This document shows, piece after piece, positions 13,354 through 27,670 of a stretch of DNA of 64,000 bases; position 1 is the first letter of the stretch, and each line of letters begins with the position of its first letter. Source of the DNA: Octopus vulgaris (lineage: Eukaryota); contig OX597825.1 of assembly GCA_951406725.2 (NCBI GenBank), forward strand, positions 58,962,001-59,026,000, in the 5' to 3' direction. The notes under the pieces were generated by a model. That model searched no databases. It was not told where the DNA came from and saw only the letters and a program-made list of their open reading frames with translations. The position numbers were made by a program, and so were the translations under genes.

Positions 13354-13768
13354 TCTCTTTTACTGTTTTACTTGTTTCAGTCATTTGACTGCGGCCATGC
13401 TGGAGCATTGCCTTTAGTCGAGCAAATCTTACCCCAGGACTTATTCTTTTTAAGCCCAGTACTTATTCTATCAGTCTCTTTTGCCAAACCGCTAAGTTAT
13501 GGGAATGTAAACACACCAGCATTGGTTGTCAAGTGATGTTGGGGGTACAAACACAGACACACAAACATACACACACACACATATATATATATATATACAT
13601 ATATACGACAGGCTTCTATCAGTTTCCGTCTACCAAATCCACTCACAAGGCTTTGGTTGGCCCAAGGCTATAGTAGAAGACACTTGCCCAAGGTACCACA
13701 CAGTGGGACTGAACCCAGAACCATGTGGTTGGTAAGCAAGCTACTTACCACACAGCCACTCCTGTGCC
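13354..13768 (-). mobile_element. SINE family A copy
   Basis: Same structure as 19074-19490, followed by a second partial head at about 13770-13912. Confidence 0.88.
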
Positions 13769-15350
13769 TATGTCTATCAAATCCACTCACAAGGTTTTGA
13801 TTGCCCTGGGGCTGTAGTAGAAAACACTTGTTCAAAATGCCATGGCGTAGGACTGAACCTTAAACCACATGGCTAGGAAGCAAACTTTTTAACTACACAG
13901 CCATGCCTGTGCTTCATGTAGGTGTGAAATCATTTTTGGTTTTATTTTCTAGGTCAACAAATTCAGAAATAAATTTACCTGAAATAAATGACCTGCACAA
14001 TGAGGTGTACCATAACTTAAACTGACCCCAACTTATTTGTCAGCATTCTTATTTGACAATATCCAGAAGGATGAAAAGCATAAAGTCAACCTTAATGGTA
14101 TTTGAATCCCAAGCATAAAACAGAGGTCAAACAACATTGCAATGGCAGCTACAGAGAAGAAACAATACCCATGAAACCAGAATAATAGATTCTTACAGCT
14201 GTTGTGTATAATATTGATTGATATAGTTTATATTTAACATATAATTCACAAAGATATACCTAATTTGCATATTGATGTTGATGCTATTTATTTTTTCTTA
14301 CAACTGCTAACTATTTTTTTGTGGTTGTTGAACTAACACTAACATAGCGAATCAAATCAGTTCTTGTGTCAAGCAGGATGTATTTTCCACATAGCTTACA
14401 AGCTGTTTCTTCTCAGATTCACAATGAATTGTTAAACTCTGATAAGAACTTCAGAGAATTCAAAACGTTACAATAGCAATAAGATTATAATTTGACAGAT
14501 TAATTAACAACCATCACAGCTACCAGCACCACCTTTGTTCTTATGCCCTCTTTTACCATGTTGGCATGGACTGATTAAAAAATACACAGAGGCAATTTTT
14601 CTATGGTTAGTTGCCCTTTCCTGTCACAAACCCCTACTAATATTCCATGAAATTTAGTGTTATTTACATGACCTGCACAATGAGGTGTACTGTAACTTAA
14701 ACTGACCCCAACTTATTTCTTAGCATTCTTATTTGACAAAGTTTTCATACATTGAGATCAATGAAACCACAGAGTGATAAGATATATTGTTTACAAAAAA
14801 TTTAAATATGTATCACTGTTCTTTTTTCTTTTGCTCAAATGGTTACAAGCAGAAGATAAACACACACTCACATGTGATCTAATTTCACAGTGGACCAAAT
14901 ACTTATAGATATTAGTCAATTGTCATCAAGTTTGCCAAGCTTGAGAAAGAGAGAAGATGGTGGCAATGTATCAAGGTGTAAACTAAAGGTACAAGGAAGT
15001 GAATGTATGTGGATTGGACAGGGTGAGTAAGCAGGGAGTTCATGAGAGTGCAAAGGAAGACAGAAGAGGAAAAGGAGAAGGTAGTGAATATATATGTAAT
15101 CCAAATATGAAGACAGTACTTTGTTTTCTTATTTGCATTATATTTCATTATTTGCTAAATCCACACATTGGTTTTTACAGATGTGACGCCTAGATTTTCT
15201 ACACCTGAAGAATCTTGATCGTCCATATATCTACAATTCAAAAGCATAGATAGACTAAAGCTTGGGTTGAGTGCTGTATTTGAAATACCCCATCTTTCTA
15301 CCCTTGCAGGATTTTATATATATGTGTGTGTGTGTGTGTTTGTGCATATA

Positions 15351-15786
15351 TCAGGTCATCCCATAAGTTCTGTCTGATTTTACCTTTTTTAAAATTGAAT
15401 GAAATTTAATAGTATTTTAGAATGTCTAATGGAATTAGAAAATATTTTTATGCATTTGTGTACATTTAAACTAATTGAATATTATTATTTAATATTATTT
15501 AAGGACCTTGCTCCTTCAGACTACCATTTGTTTTGTAGTTTACAGAATCATTTTGGGGGACATAACTTTCACAAGCCAGGAGGAGGTCGAAACTGACATT
15601 TCAGAGTTCTTTGCTTTGAAACCAAAAGAGCTTTAAATTGATGGGATTAAAAAGCTTGTAAATAGATGGAAATAAGTCATAGATAATCAGGGAAAGTACA
15701 TTGATGATTAAATTTCAATTAAATATAACATTTGATCACTTGTTTTCTCTATTCAAAATTCAGACAGAACTTATAGGATGACCTGA
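15351..15786 (+). mobile_element. Internally deleted mariner element
   Basis: 27-bp TIRs TCAGGTCATCCCATAAGTTCTGTCTGA / TCAGACAGAACTTATAGGATGACCTGA; transposase C-terminus DLAPSDYHLFCSLQNH..GIKKLVNRW..GKYIDD*. Confidence 0.88.
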
Positions 15787-16896
15787 TCTGATATATATAT
15801 ATATATATTTATACATACATACATATGTATTCATAAGCCATGCTGCATTATTACTTGATCAATTGTTGTCAAGCAGGCAACATTGTACTATTATGCTAAT
15901 AAACTGTATTAGCTACATCTTATGTTTATAGTTAATCATTGTCAGCTAAAATTTGTGATGGAGGAGTGAAGCTCGTAAATAATTAAAAAACTATGAAATG
16001 AGTCCTTTTTCTACACCAGTCCCAAGTTGTAAAAAAACCTTTGTAGATTTAAGTTCACATAACGACTAAATACATATAGATAAGTTCCTGCATGTGGTAG
16101 CTTAAGTACCAAGAAATATGTCCTTAACAGCAAGAAGGACAATAGGCCGGAAGAGATATAACGATAAATAGCAATAACAACAACTGTAACAATAATAATA
16201 AAGACAAAAATGCACCTGGTGGTGGGACCCTGGTTTGGGTGTTCCATGATTCTGAGAATTGTGGAATCACTTTTGAACCATTTTTATTCTCAAGTCTACT
16301 CTGACCTAGAGTGGTAGCAACTATCAGGGTCCTAGCAATAGATTAATTAGCATATTAGGGCTCATCTACTACTGCATGCAAAGACTGTGTACTGTATGGT
16401 GTTCTTTGAGGAAGAAAGCTTCATGGTTCAACAGGGGGTGGGGGGTGGCAGTTGCAGCAACATATTGTAGGGCACTGAGAGCAAGATGAGGTCAATATGA
16501 CATCTTATTTATCCACTGCATTCATCAGCAGTCATCTTGACTTGGTCTTGCCACTGGACTGAAGATGATCATTGATGAGTTGATAGCGTGCAGTCATCCA
16601 TAAAGATTTGTAAATGGTCGTCATCGCTTTGATGGATGAACATGTATCTTTTTTTTTCTATTTGTTTCAGTCATTAGACTGTGGCCATGCTGGAGTACAG
16701 CCTTGATAACTTTTAATCGAATGAATTGACCCCAGTACATAATTTTGTTAAGCCTAGTACATATTCTATTATTTTCTATGCTGAACTGCTAAATTATAGG
16801 GACATAAACACACCAACACTGATTGTCAAGTGGTGTTGGTGGTGGATGGACAGACACATACAAACATACATCATCATCATCATCATGTATATATAT

Positions 16897-17150
16897 AGGG
16901 GGAGAATTCACAAAAAAACAAAAGACGAAGACAGGTGGTGTAGAAAACCAACAGGTGTATTAGTATAACGCTCAGGAATTGAAAAATTTTTTAACGTTTC
17001 GAGCCTACGCTCTTTCACAGAAAGCAACACAGAAAGAAACAAGGAGAGAAACAAGGAGAGAAAAAAATGTGTGTAGTGGCTAGCGATCTATCATAGCGAA
17101 TGCTGGACAGAAGGGTCACACAGGAGAGCTAAGAAGTAGGGGAGATAACT
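16897..17150 (-). mobile_element. Penelope-like terminal fragment with a variant hammerhead, inserted in the TA tract of a SINE
   Basis: Minus strand of 16992-17020 reads CTGTGAAA-GAGC-GTAG-GCTC-GAAAC-GTTA. Homologous copies lie at about 28897-29040 and (truncated) about 38793-38866. Confidence 0.5.
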
Positions 17151-18267
17151 GTGTGTGCATATATATATATATATGCACACATGACGGGCTTCTTTCAGTT
17201 TCTGTCTATCAAATCCAGTCACAAAGCTTTGTGCAGATTGAGGCTACAGTAGAAGACACTTGCCCATGGTGCTATGCAGTGGGACTGAACCCAGAACCAT
17301 ATGGTTGAGAAGCAAGCTTCTTACCACCCAGGCATGCAGAAATCACAACTAAATCTCCCTCATATCAAAGCCTACTGTCTTGAAAGAAAGAAAGAAAGAA
17401 AGGAAAAAAGAACGTCTAGTACAATATAATTCTAAAATGTGTTAAAAAAGAAAAGGTAAAATATAGGTTGGTCAGTTTGGAATGTGTTTGGGTCATCAGT
17501 CTGCTGGATTAGAGTTGACAGGAGTTGACATGTATATTTATTCTTGAACCCAATATGACACTGGTACTTTCGTAAATTCAGAACCTGTGCTCTCTGTAGC
17601 TTCCACCCACCTCACTATCCTTACTATTACAATGCCTTGTGGTTTAGTACAAGGTCAGACCTGAGTAAACACATCTATGATCAAAGCCATTCCGATTGTG
17701 ACCAACTCATTTTTTTTCTTTCCAGGCTCATGGCATGTTGAAGACTTCATTATCCATTCATTCTCTTTCTATTTTAATAACGTACAATGTCATTATAAAT
17801 AGGATTTGCTTGCTATTTCTAGTACACCTGAGTGACATTCAATGCTTTAGTTAATTCTTACTGCATGAAGAGTCAATGGCTTAATTAATTCTAATAATAA
17901 CAAACCTTGTCAAGAGAAAAAGACATACCTAAACACACACACACACACACACACACACAGAATCATATGTTTTAAGTTTTGTTACTTCCTTTTATTAACC
18001 CAATTAGGTTACTGTTTTTTTTGGTGACATACTTACAAAAGAATATTTAAACAAAAAAAATTAATGACAGTAAACTAAAAAAAGAAGCTAATAAGTATGT
18101 ATGCATGTTGGCTGGGTAGGGAGGTGTTGGTATAAACTTTGCACTATAATTATAGCTACCAATAGAGGGAAGAAACTGTGTTGTTACGCAACCTCATATC
18201 ATATCATATCATATCATGTGTGTGTTTGTGAGTAGGAGTGTGTGTATGTATGTATTATGTAGGTGAA

Positions 18268-18575
18268 GGCACAGGGCTCAATGGTTAGAATGTCGAGCTT
18301 ATGATTGTGAGGTTGTGAGTTTGTTATAACGGGACCGAGCAATATGTTGTGTTCTTGAGCAAGACACTTTATTTCACGTTGCTCCAGGTCACTCAGCTGC
18401 AGAAATTGGGTGCGATGTCACTGGTGCCAAGCTGTATTGGTCTTTGGATAACATAATGAAGAGGGGAAGGAGCTGGTATGCATGGGCAACTGCAGGTCTT
18501 TCCCAGACTTGTGCCTCAGAGAAATTTCTAGGTGCAATACCATAGTCATTCATGACCAAAGGGGGTCTTTACTTT
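18268..18575 (+). mobile_element. SINE family E (tRNA head plus CORE-like TTGAGCAAGACACTT segment)
   Basis: Related pieces at about 5225-5435(+), 5490-5690(-), 12635-12890(+), 47870-48120(-) and 49997-50225(+). Confidence 0.7.
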
Positions 18576-18601
18576 ACTATGAGTGCATGTGTGTATATGT
18601 T

Positions 18602-18633
<32 letters not shown>

Positions 18634-19073
18634 TATCTTTCATCTTTTACTTGTTTCAGTCATTAGACTGCAGCCATGCTGGGGCATCCCCTTGAAGAAC
18701 TTTTAGCCGAATGAATTGACCTCAGTACTTTTTTTTTAAGCCTCGTACTTATTCTATGGGGTACTTTTGCTGAACCACTAAGTCATAGGTAAGTAAACAC
18801 ACCAACATCAGTTGTCAAGCAGTGGTGGGGGGAAAACACAGACATAAAGACACACGCACATGTATGTATATATATACACATACACACACACACAATAGGC
18901 TTCTTTCAGTTTCCGTCTGTTAAATCCACTCACAAGGCTTTGGTTGGTCTAAGGCTGTAGCAGAAAACTTACCCAAGGTGCCATGCAGTGAGACCAAACT
19001 TGGGACCATGAAGTTGGGAAGCAAGCTTCTTACCACACAGTCGCACCTATGCCTATATAAATATATATATATA

Positions 19074-19490
19074 GGCATAGGAGTGGCTGCATTGTAAGTA
19101 GCTTGCTTACCAACCACATGGTTCTGGGTTCAGTTCCACTGCATTGCACCTTGGGCAAGTGTCTTCTACTATAGCCTCGGGCCGACCAAAGCCTTGTGAG
19201 TGGATTTGGTAGACGGAAAATGAAAGAAGCCTTTCGTATATATCTATATATATATATGTATTTGTGTGTATATGTTTGTGTGTCTGTGTTTGCCCCACCC
19301 CCCCAACATTGCTTGACAACCGATGCTGGTGTGTTTACATCCCTGTAACTTAGCAGTTTGGCAAGAGAGACCGATAGAATAAATACTAGGCTTACAAAGA
19401 ATAAGTCCTGGGGTCGATTTGCTTGACTAAAGGCGGTGCTCTAGCTTGGCCACAGTCACATGACTGAAACAAGTAAAAGAGTAAAAGAGT
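19074..19490 (+). mobile_element. SINE family A (tRNA-derived head, internal TA/TG microsatellite, (GTAAAAGA)n tail), full-length copy
   Basis: More than 20 full or partial copies in the window, including 13354-13768(-), 18636-19053(-), 20996-21369(-), 27671-28074(-), 38940-39338(-), 43612-43993(+), 44625-44932(-), 45067-45473(+), 52930-53185(-) and 57850-58230(+). Confidence 0.9.
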
Positions 19491-20043
19491 ATATATATAA
19501 CCTTTTATCTGTTACTTGTTCTAGTCATTGGACTGCAGCCATGCTGCAGCACCATCTTTAAGAGATTTTTAGTTGGACAAATTGAGCCTAGTACTTATTT
19601 CTTGTTAAAGTCTGGTACTTATTCTATCCATATCTTTAGCTGAACCACTAAGTTATGGATACACAAACAAACCAACACCTGTCGTCAAGAGGTGGTGGAG
19701 GGGCAGACACAAAGACACACACATATCCACTCACAAGGTGCCATGCAATGGGACGGAACCCAGACCCACGTGATCAGGAATCAAACTTATTACACAACCA
19801 CACATCTGTCCGTCTGTCTATGTATGTATGTATGTAAAGGTAAGATCCAAGGATCCAGGATTAGGAAGTTAGTAAACTTCGAGCAATCCATAGAAAATAT
19901 AAAAAAAAACTCTCAGGAACAATAGTGGTTTATTGATGTAAATGGTTGTAAATGTTTCCCATATCGAAGCTCGATAAGCTGAAAATAGTTATTTTTATAG
20001 TTTATGGTTAGCGACTGGGGTTGCTGTGTATGTGAATAAAAAT

Positions 20044-20287
20044 CCATTTATGAGAAAGAAACACAGAACGCTTAATCAGTATTTGTGATTTATATGATAT
20101 ATATGTGTTTCAGAAAGTTGGTCACCACAAACATAAAAATCAACATGAAGATCCTGTTATGTAACAAATACAGCTGACTCAAGGCCTTTAGGCACATGTA
20201 ATTAATGGTGACCAGCTTTCTTAAACATATGTATATGATATAAAGCATAAATTCAGATTATGTTTTCTGTGTTCATTTCCTTAATGG
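20044..20287. repeat. Old degenerate inverted repeat (~85-bp arms)
   Basis: Arms at about 20044-20127 / 20206-20287 (for example GAAAGTTGGTCACCA / TGGTGACCAGCTTTC). Confidence 0.6.
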
Positions 20288-23043
20288 CACATGAATGCTA
20301 CACGGTTGCTATCTGGAATGATGAAGGTTGTTGTCAAACCACATCAAGCATAAGAATATGAAACCACATTTCTGTCCAAACCTTTTGGTAATGTGTCATC
20401 TTTTCTGGTGCACCATTTGTCTGTCTAGCTACCATCATCGTTATTTAATGTCTGTTGTCCATATTGGCAAGGGTTGGACAGTTTGACCAGAGCTGGCAAG
20501 CTGGTGGGGCTGCACCAGACTCCACTCTGATTTGGCATGGTCTCTACAGCTGGATGTCCTTCCTAATGCCAACCACTTTACAGGGTGTGCTGGATGCTTT
20601 TATGTGGCACCGCATGGGTGCTTTTACATAGTACCACCACAAGTGCTTTACACCACCAGCAGGATTAGTCTTAACACTTCTGCTGTGGGGTACAAGCCTT
20701 GATTACAGCCAGGTGTCTCGGTCCTTTGTCATCTCACCTGAAAGGTTCAGCTTCTTGAGGTTGTTCTTCAGAAAGTCTTAGTAAGTAGGAAAGCAGGCAA
20801 ACCACAAATCCCTTCAGGTAGATGGCTCTGCCTGATATGTAGAAAAGGCATAGGTAGAAACTCTATAAGGTGTACTTGGTGCAAGGTATGGACACATAAG
20901 AGGTCTAGCAATATCAAAGTATTGAACAAAACCCTGATGATGATGATGATGATGATGATAATGTGTGTGTATACACACAGACACACACAGCATACACTCT
21001 TTACTCTTTTACTTGTTTCAGTCATGCTGGAACACCGCCTTTAGTCGAGCAAATCGATCCCAAGACTTATTCTTTGTAAGCCTAGTACTCATTCTATCAG
21101 TTTCTTTTGCCGAACTGCTAAGTTAGGAGGATGTAAACACACCAAAATTGGTTGTCAAGCGATGTTGGGGGTGGGGGGCACAAACACAGACACACAAACA
21201 TACACACACACATATATATATACATATATATGACAGGCTTCTTTCAGTTTCCGTCTACCACAAGGCTTTGGTTGGCCCGAGGCTATAGTAGAAAACACTT
21301 GCAGTGGGACTGAACCCAGAACCAAGTGGTCTGTAAGCAAACTACTTACCACACAGCCATGCCTGCACCTACATATATATATATATATATATGCACCATT
21401 TCATTTTTCATGTAATTGATTTTGTGCTTTGTTTAGCCTAGGCTGATTCATCACATCACATGATGACTAGAACTGTGTCACACTGTTTATGATATTCAAG
21501 CATAACTTGATAAATAAACAAGTAAAATAAACTAAAAAAACAAACAAACAGAAAATACAGCCATTAGTGTTTTTGTTTTTAGTAATCAATGACAAAACAT
21601 TCAACTTCTTAGTTTCAATAGTTTCTGAGATGCCAGATCAGAGACCTCTACACAGTGTTCTTTGCTTCTTAGAGAAGGCTGGTTCTATTGTCATTCTTGA
21701 TTCAAGCTTTGCTGATTCACAAGATGATTCATCATCATCATCGTTTAACGTCCGTCTTCCGTGCTAGCATGGGTTAGACAGTTTGACTGGGGTCTGGGAA
21801 ACCAGGAGGCTGCACCAGGCTCCAGTCTGATCTGGTAGTGTTTCTACAGCTGGATGCCCTTCCTAATGCCAACCACTCTGTGAGTGAAGTGGGTGCTTTT
21901 TACGTGCCGCCGGCACAGGTGCCAGGGGAGGCTGGCAGGGCCCACGCTCGAATGGTGCTTTTAACGTGCCACCGGCACAGGTATCACAACTATAATTTCC
22001 ATTTGATGTTGATGTACTTGACTTAATAGGTCTCCTCAAGCACAGTAGGTCACGTGCCACCGGCACAGAAGCCAGTCAAGGCGGTGCTAGCATTGGCCAC
22101 CTTCGAATGGTGCTTTTAACGTGCCACCGGCACAGGTATCACAACTATAATATATATATATATATATATATCTATACACACACATACGTATACATGACAG
22201 GCTAATCCATTTACAAAACTTTCATCAGTCTGGCTTTAAGGGGAAAACACTTGCTCAAGGAGCTGTGCAGGGCGACCGAACCTAAAATGATATGTTTGAG
22301 AATTTTTTATCTTTTACTTGTTCCAGCCATTAGACTGTGGCCATGCTGGAGCATTGCCTTGAATAATTTTTTAGTTGAATGAACTGGCCTTAGTACTTTT
22401 TTTTCATTTTTAAACCTGATACTTATTCTATTGATCTTTTTTGCCGAACTGCTAAGTTACTGGGATGTAAACACACCAACACTATTTGTCAAGCAGTGGT
22501 GGGGGATAAACACAGGCTACAGTTGGTCTGAGGCTGTGGTAGAAGACACTTGCTCACGGTGTGATGCAGTGGGATTGAACCTGGAACCATGTGGTTGGGA
22601 AGCAAACCTCTTACGCATACCGTCACAAGACCTACAACCACTGCATCTTGGGAGGCATCAAAAACAGCCACAACCAAAACAACAGCAACAACAGTGATTG
22701 CAAGAATGTGCATGAAGGTCAATGTTCCATACTTGGCACTGCTTCAGCAAAATGGGGATGATGTTGACATTCTTTTTTGATATTGGTTTCAAATTTAGGC
22801 ATGATACTTGCCCCGGTGCTCAACCGTGGTACTTATTTATTTTATTGATCCCAAAAGGATGAAAGGCAAAGTCAACCTCAGTGGAATTTGAACTCAGTAT
22901 GTAAAGACAGCTGAAATTCCACTAAGCAATTTTCCTAGCACGCTAATGGTTCCGCCAGCTCATTACCTTATTCCTTACTGATATTGTAACCGATCATTCC
23001 TTGCTGTTGAAGACTGCTGGAATTTTAAAAATCCCTAATTTTA

Positions 23044-23260
23044 CAAAGGGGTGCTGAAAAGTTCCTGGCTTTAAGGGTATCATGAAAGGCTTGGTTGGAG
23101 ACCCAACCTTCTGAGTTCTTTTACAGGGATTAGAAGAACTGAAGGATCACTGCGATAAGTGCGTGATTCTGAGAGGGGAATATGTTGAATAAAATCATAA
23201 TTAACTGATACTCTTGTATCTTCTTTTACCCAAAACTAGGAACATTTTAGCACACCCTTG
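23044..23260 (+). mobile_element. Mariner-derived MITE
   Basis: TA on both sides, imperfect ~28-bp TIRs (CAAAGGGGTGCTGAAAAGTTCCTGG / CTAGGAACATTTTAGCACACCCTTG), residual GLEELKDHCDKCVILRGEYVE*. Confidence 0.75.
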
Positions 23261-23638
23261 TAAAACAGGCAAAGACTGAAAACAAGAAGAACATCCAGCC
23301 ATAAAAATCCTGTCTCTAATAATTATTCATCTAACCCATGTTAGCATTGAGAAACAGTTGTTAAATGAACAAACATATGTGGGACAATTAGCTGTGTACA
23401 GATATGAATATTTGCATATGATCTGTGAGAGCAGTGCACTTAAGTGAATGTATTTTTCATGTCCTTCCTCTAAATAACCACTCAGGTGTGAAGCAGGTGT
23501 AGCACCTGTGTTTCTCTGCAAAACTCTCTGTGTATGTCATGTACTGACACAACATTTGAAGATAGGGCTACCCTACTTTACAACTCTCTGCATATGGGTG
23601 TGTGTGTATGTGAGTGTATTTATAAATATGTGTGTTGC

Positions 23639-23681
<43 letters not shown>

Positions 23682-23807
23682 TAGATAAAGATAATATTAT
23701 CAATAAATAATAATAATATAAGTGGTTAGCAAGCATAAAAACTAAAAAGGTAAATTTATAAATTTACAATTATAATTACGGATACCAGATATTTCTAGCA
23801 AAGCATA

Positions 23808-25118
23808 TCTTTATATATATAAAACTGAGAATGTGTGTCTGTCTGTCTGTGTGTGTGTTTCCCTAAAACTTGAGAACTATACAACCAATTTCATTCAAAT
23901 TTTACACATGCCTTACTTAGGGTCCGGGGAGTGTCATCGGCAAAAAAAAGGTTCAACTTCTTGCCTAGGGGAAGCCCATAGCAATATCGTATCTTCTCCA
24001 CTATTTCAGTATTACGTGTTAAAAGTGAAACAAAAGCATTTCTCTATTTTATGTCAGATACTTTCACTTTAACAATAAAAATTAGAGATAATAATAACAA
24101 TTGAATTATATGTAGTAAGTAATAATCAAAATCAAACTAAAGTATAATATAATTGTAACATAACAAAAGCAAAAATATCAATTGGTATAAAATTGCATCA
24201 ATGACTTGAACTTGAATAAGTGGTTTCACATGAATGGGAATAAATTAAACATAAAATTAGCGTGCAGAAATGGAATAGTCCAGATGGACTATAGCTTCAA
24301 CTGCGTACTGCTTTTTGATTCACTGTTTAACTATTGTTATCACGTTTGTTGGTTCCTCATTAGGGAAACGTTGTTGTGTTGCATTTGTTAAATAGTTGTA
24401 AACTGTAACCCTCCCCCTTTGGGAGAAGGAACTTTGGTTATTGTTTAAAAATTGATTTGTCTCTCTTTTTGGGGAAATTGACAATATTTTCACTGTTTAC
24501 ACGGAAGCATTTTTGTTAGAATGCCTTCGATAGAACAAAGTCCAAAAATGAATTTCGCTGCAGCCATCGGCGGGCACAAACTCATTAAAATTAAAATGGA
24601 AGAAATACAAACCTATTTCGGATTGATCACCGACAAAGACGGTGAATCTAGGATAACATTACCAAACGAAATAAAAAATTAAATTAAAGAAAAGACTATT
24701 GTCTATAAAGTATACAATATAGAGAAAAAAAAAAAAATTTGAACACCTGGAGGAAAGCACCATTCGAAAAGTGTCTTGGTGCAACTATGAAAGATATCTA
24801 ACCAGAGGCGGTAAATTCGCCACAATAGAAGCAAGGTTCCAGTCAACGGAGCGTGCAAGGGGGTACTCGACTCCAACCTTGCAAAGTGGAAATATTTTAT
24901 TTTCACCTTTATATCTGGGACGTAGGACGGGCCTACAATTCCAGTCTGTTATATATTTTGAGTATTGTTATCACTAGCGATATCAAGATATAACTTTGTA
25001 TTTTGTATTTTATGTGTAGATGTATATATATAGATGTACACGTAATATGTACACACATATATACACATAAATACATGCACTAGCACTATGACCCAGCAAC
25101 GACGGGTTATAATGCTAG
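23808..25118 (+). mobile_element. Non-autonomous Helitron-like element
   Basis: A|TC start (TCTTTATATATATAAAA), GTCT/GT microsatellite near the 5' end, subterminal hairpin ACCC..GGGT, and a CTAG|T end. Confidence 0.75.
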
Positions 25119-27304
25119 TATATATATATATATTCTTGTTTCAGTCATATCACTGCAGCCAAGCAGGAGCACCACCTTGAAGGGTTTTAGTCCAACAAAT
25201 TGATCTCAGGACTTATTTCTTAAGCCTAATACTTACTCTATTGGTCTCTTTTGCCAAACAGGGATGTAGACACACCAACATTGGTTGTCAAGCAGTGAAT
25301 GGACACACACACTATGGGTTTCTTTTAGTTGCCGAGGTTATAGTATAAGACACTTGCCCCAGATGCCACACAGTAAGACGGAACCTGGAACCATGCTGTT
25401 GGGAAGCAAGCTTCTTACCACACAGCCACACATATTGATTGTTTTTATGTTCAGTTATAATAAAAACAAGTTTATGTTAATCTGACAGGTTACTTGTGTA
25501 TAAAAGCAAGACTAACTCTAATGCATTGTAATCCAATGATGGCATAGCCAGCCAAGTCTTGTTTAAGAAAAATAAATGTGTGTGTATGTATATATATATA
25601 TATATATGTAAATGTGTATAGTTATGGTATATGCTTGAATAAATTAATAAATTGTAGTACAAGTATCAAGTACTTTCCACTCCCATTTATATATATTCAA
25701 TATAGTATGCACCTGTTTGCATGTGGCGCATGCAAGTGTGCATGTCTGTGGTGACAAATGGACAGAGTTGCAAGAGCATTAGATAGAAAGCCTTGTCCAG
25801 TTCTTTGCGTTCCAAGTTCAAATCCAGCTATGGTCTACTTGGGATGATGGGTGGTAGACTTAACTCATTTGTTTAAAGCAACCACCTGGCACCTCAGATG
25901 CTTTAAGCAGAGTCCAATCAGTAGTAAGCATTTAGGGCGAGTCTCTGGTTTGAGGATACCTCCCTCTTTCTTACTAATCTTGGAGGCTGCACAATGGGTT
26001 GTGCAAAGTGCTTTCAGTCCTTAGACTGTGACCAAGCTGGGGCACCACCTCGAATTTTTATTTGAACGATTGAATCCCTGTACTTTTTGATGGCTGGTAC
26101 ATATTCTGTCGGTCTCTTTTGCTGAACTGCTAGGTTATGGGATGCAAGCACAACAACACTAGTTGTCATGTGGTGGTGGGGGGACAAACACAGACACAAA
26201 GACACACACACACACATGATTGGCCTCTTCCAGTTTCCATCTACCAAATCCACTTACAACTGTCACATGATGTCAAGGCAGGGTCACAAACTTGCATATA
26301 CTTTTGATGGACTTCTTTCAGTTTTTGTCAGCCAAATCAACTCATAAGACTTGGATTGGACCAGGGCTATAGAAGAAGATAATTATCCAGGGTACCACAC
26401 AGTAGGATTGAACCAACAACCATTTGGTTGGGAAGTTCACTTCCCAACCTCACAGCCATAGTTGCATCCTATACATAAACACATACACATCTATGTGTGT
26501 GTGTGTGTGTGTTATATAAATATATAAAGATACATAGATAGATAGACATATACTTGCATATGTATTTGTGCATATAAGGAGAAATCTTTCTTTCAATTAT
26601 GATTGTATTTCAATTTGTTTTAGCAATATATTTCCCAGTATTAGTTTATTGTCTTTACAAACTCTTACTCACACCAAATATTGCTTGTGAGTTTAAAATT
26701 CAAAAACAGGAGGAGAAATACCGAGTACTTTTAACCGTTCAGCATTTAAACCAGTTATATTCAGCCAAAATATTCCACATGTTTTATGTTCAAACTGGCC
26801 ACAATCTAGTCTCTCACACCCACCTTACAATATCATTCTAAAATTTAACAGTTTCTTCTCATCAAAATCTCAAAGCAGATTAATTAAAAACAATGACAAG
26901 AAATGAACCGTACATTTAATAAAATAATATGTATGCTAAAGGATTAATAAGGTTTACTAATTTGTTTGAATCTAATTATATTTATATTTGCATGTCATTC
27001 AGGAACGAATTTCTGACTGAGTCATACTCTGAGGGGAGAAAAATGACTTTTTGTTCACACTCTCATGAGCTAAAACTCCATTACCTATCAAAAAACCCGA
27101 CCTGACCACCCCACCCAACAAGCTAATCTCATTCCTTGAAGAAGAGTCAATGTAAATCACTGACAAGAAACTCTCACTAATGACAAACATTATATATATA
27201 TATATATGTATGTATGTATGTATATATATATATATATATGTATGTATATTTATATATGTATATATACGTGTGTGTGTGTGTATATATATGTGTGTGTGTG
27301 TGTG

Positions 27305-27345
<41 letters not shown>

Positions 27346-27567
27346 GTATATATGTATATATATTTGTATATATATGTATATATGTATCTATCTATATGTT
27401 ATATATGTATATATATATATGTATATTTATATATATATATATATATAAATATGTATGTATATTTATATATATATATATGTATGTATCATCATCATCATTT
27501 AGCGTCCGTTCTCCATGCTAGCATGGGTTATATTTATATATATATGTATATATTTATATATGTATAT

Positions 27568-27632
<65 letters not shown>

Positions 27633-27670
27633 TTATATATATATATACTCTCTTTTCTCTTTTTTTTTTT

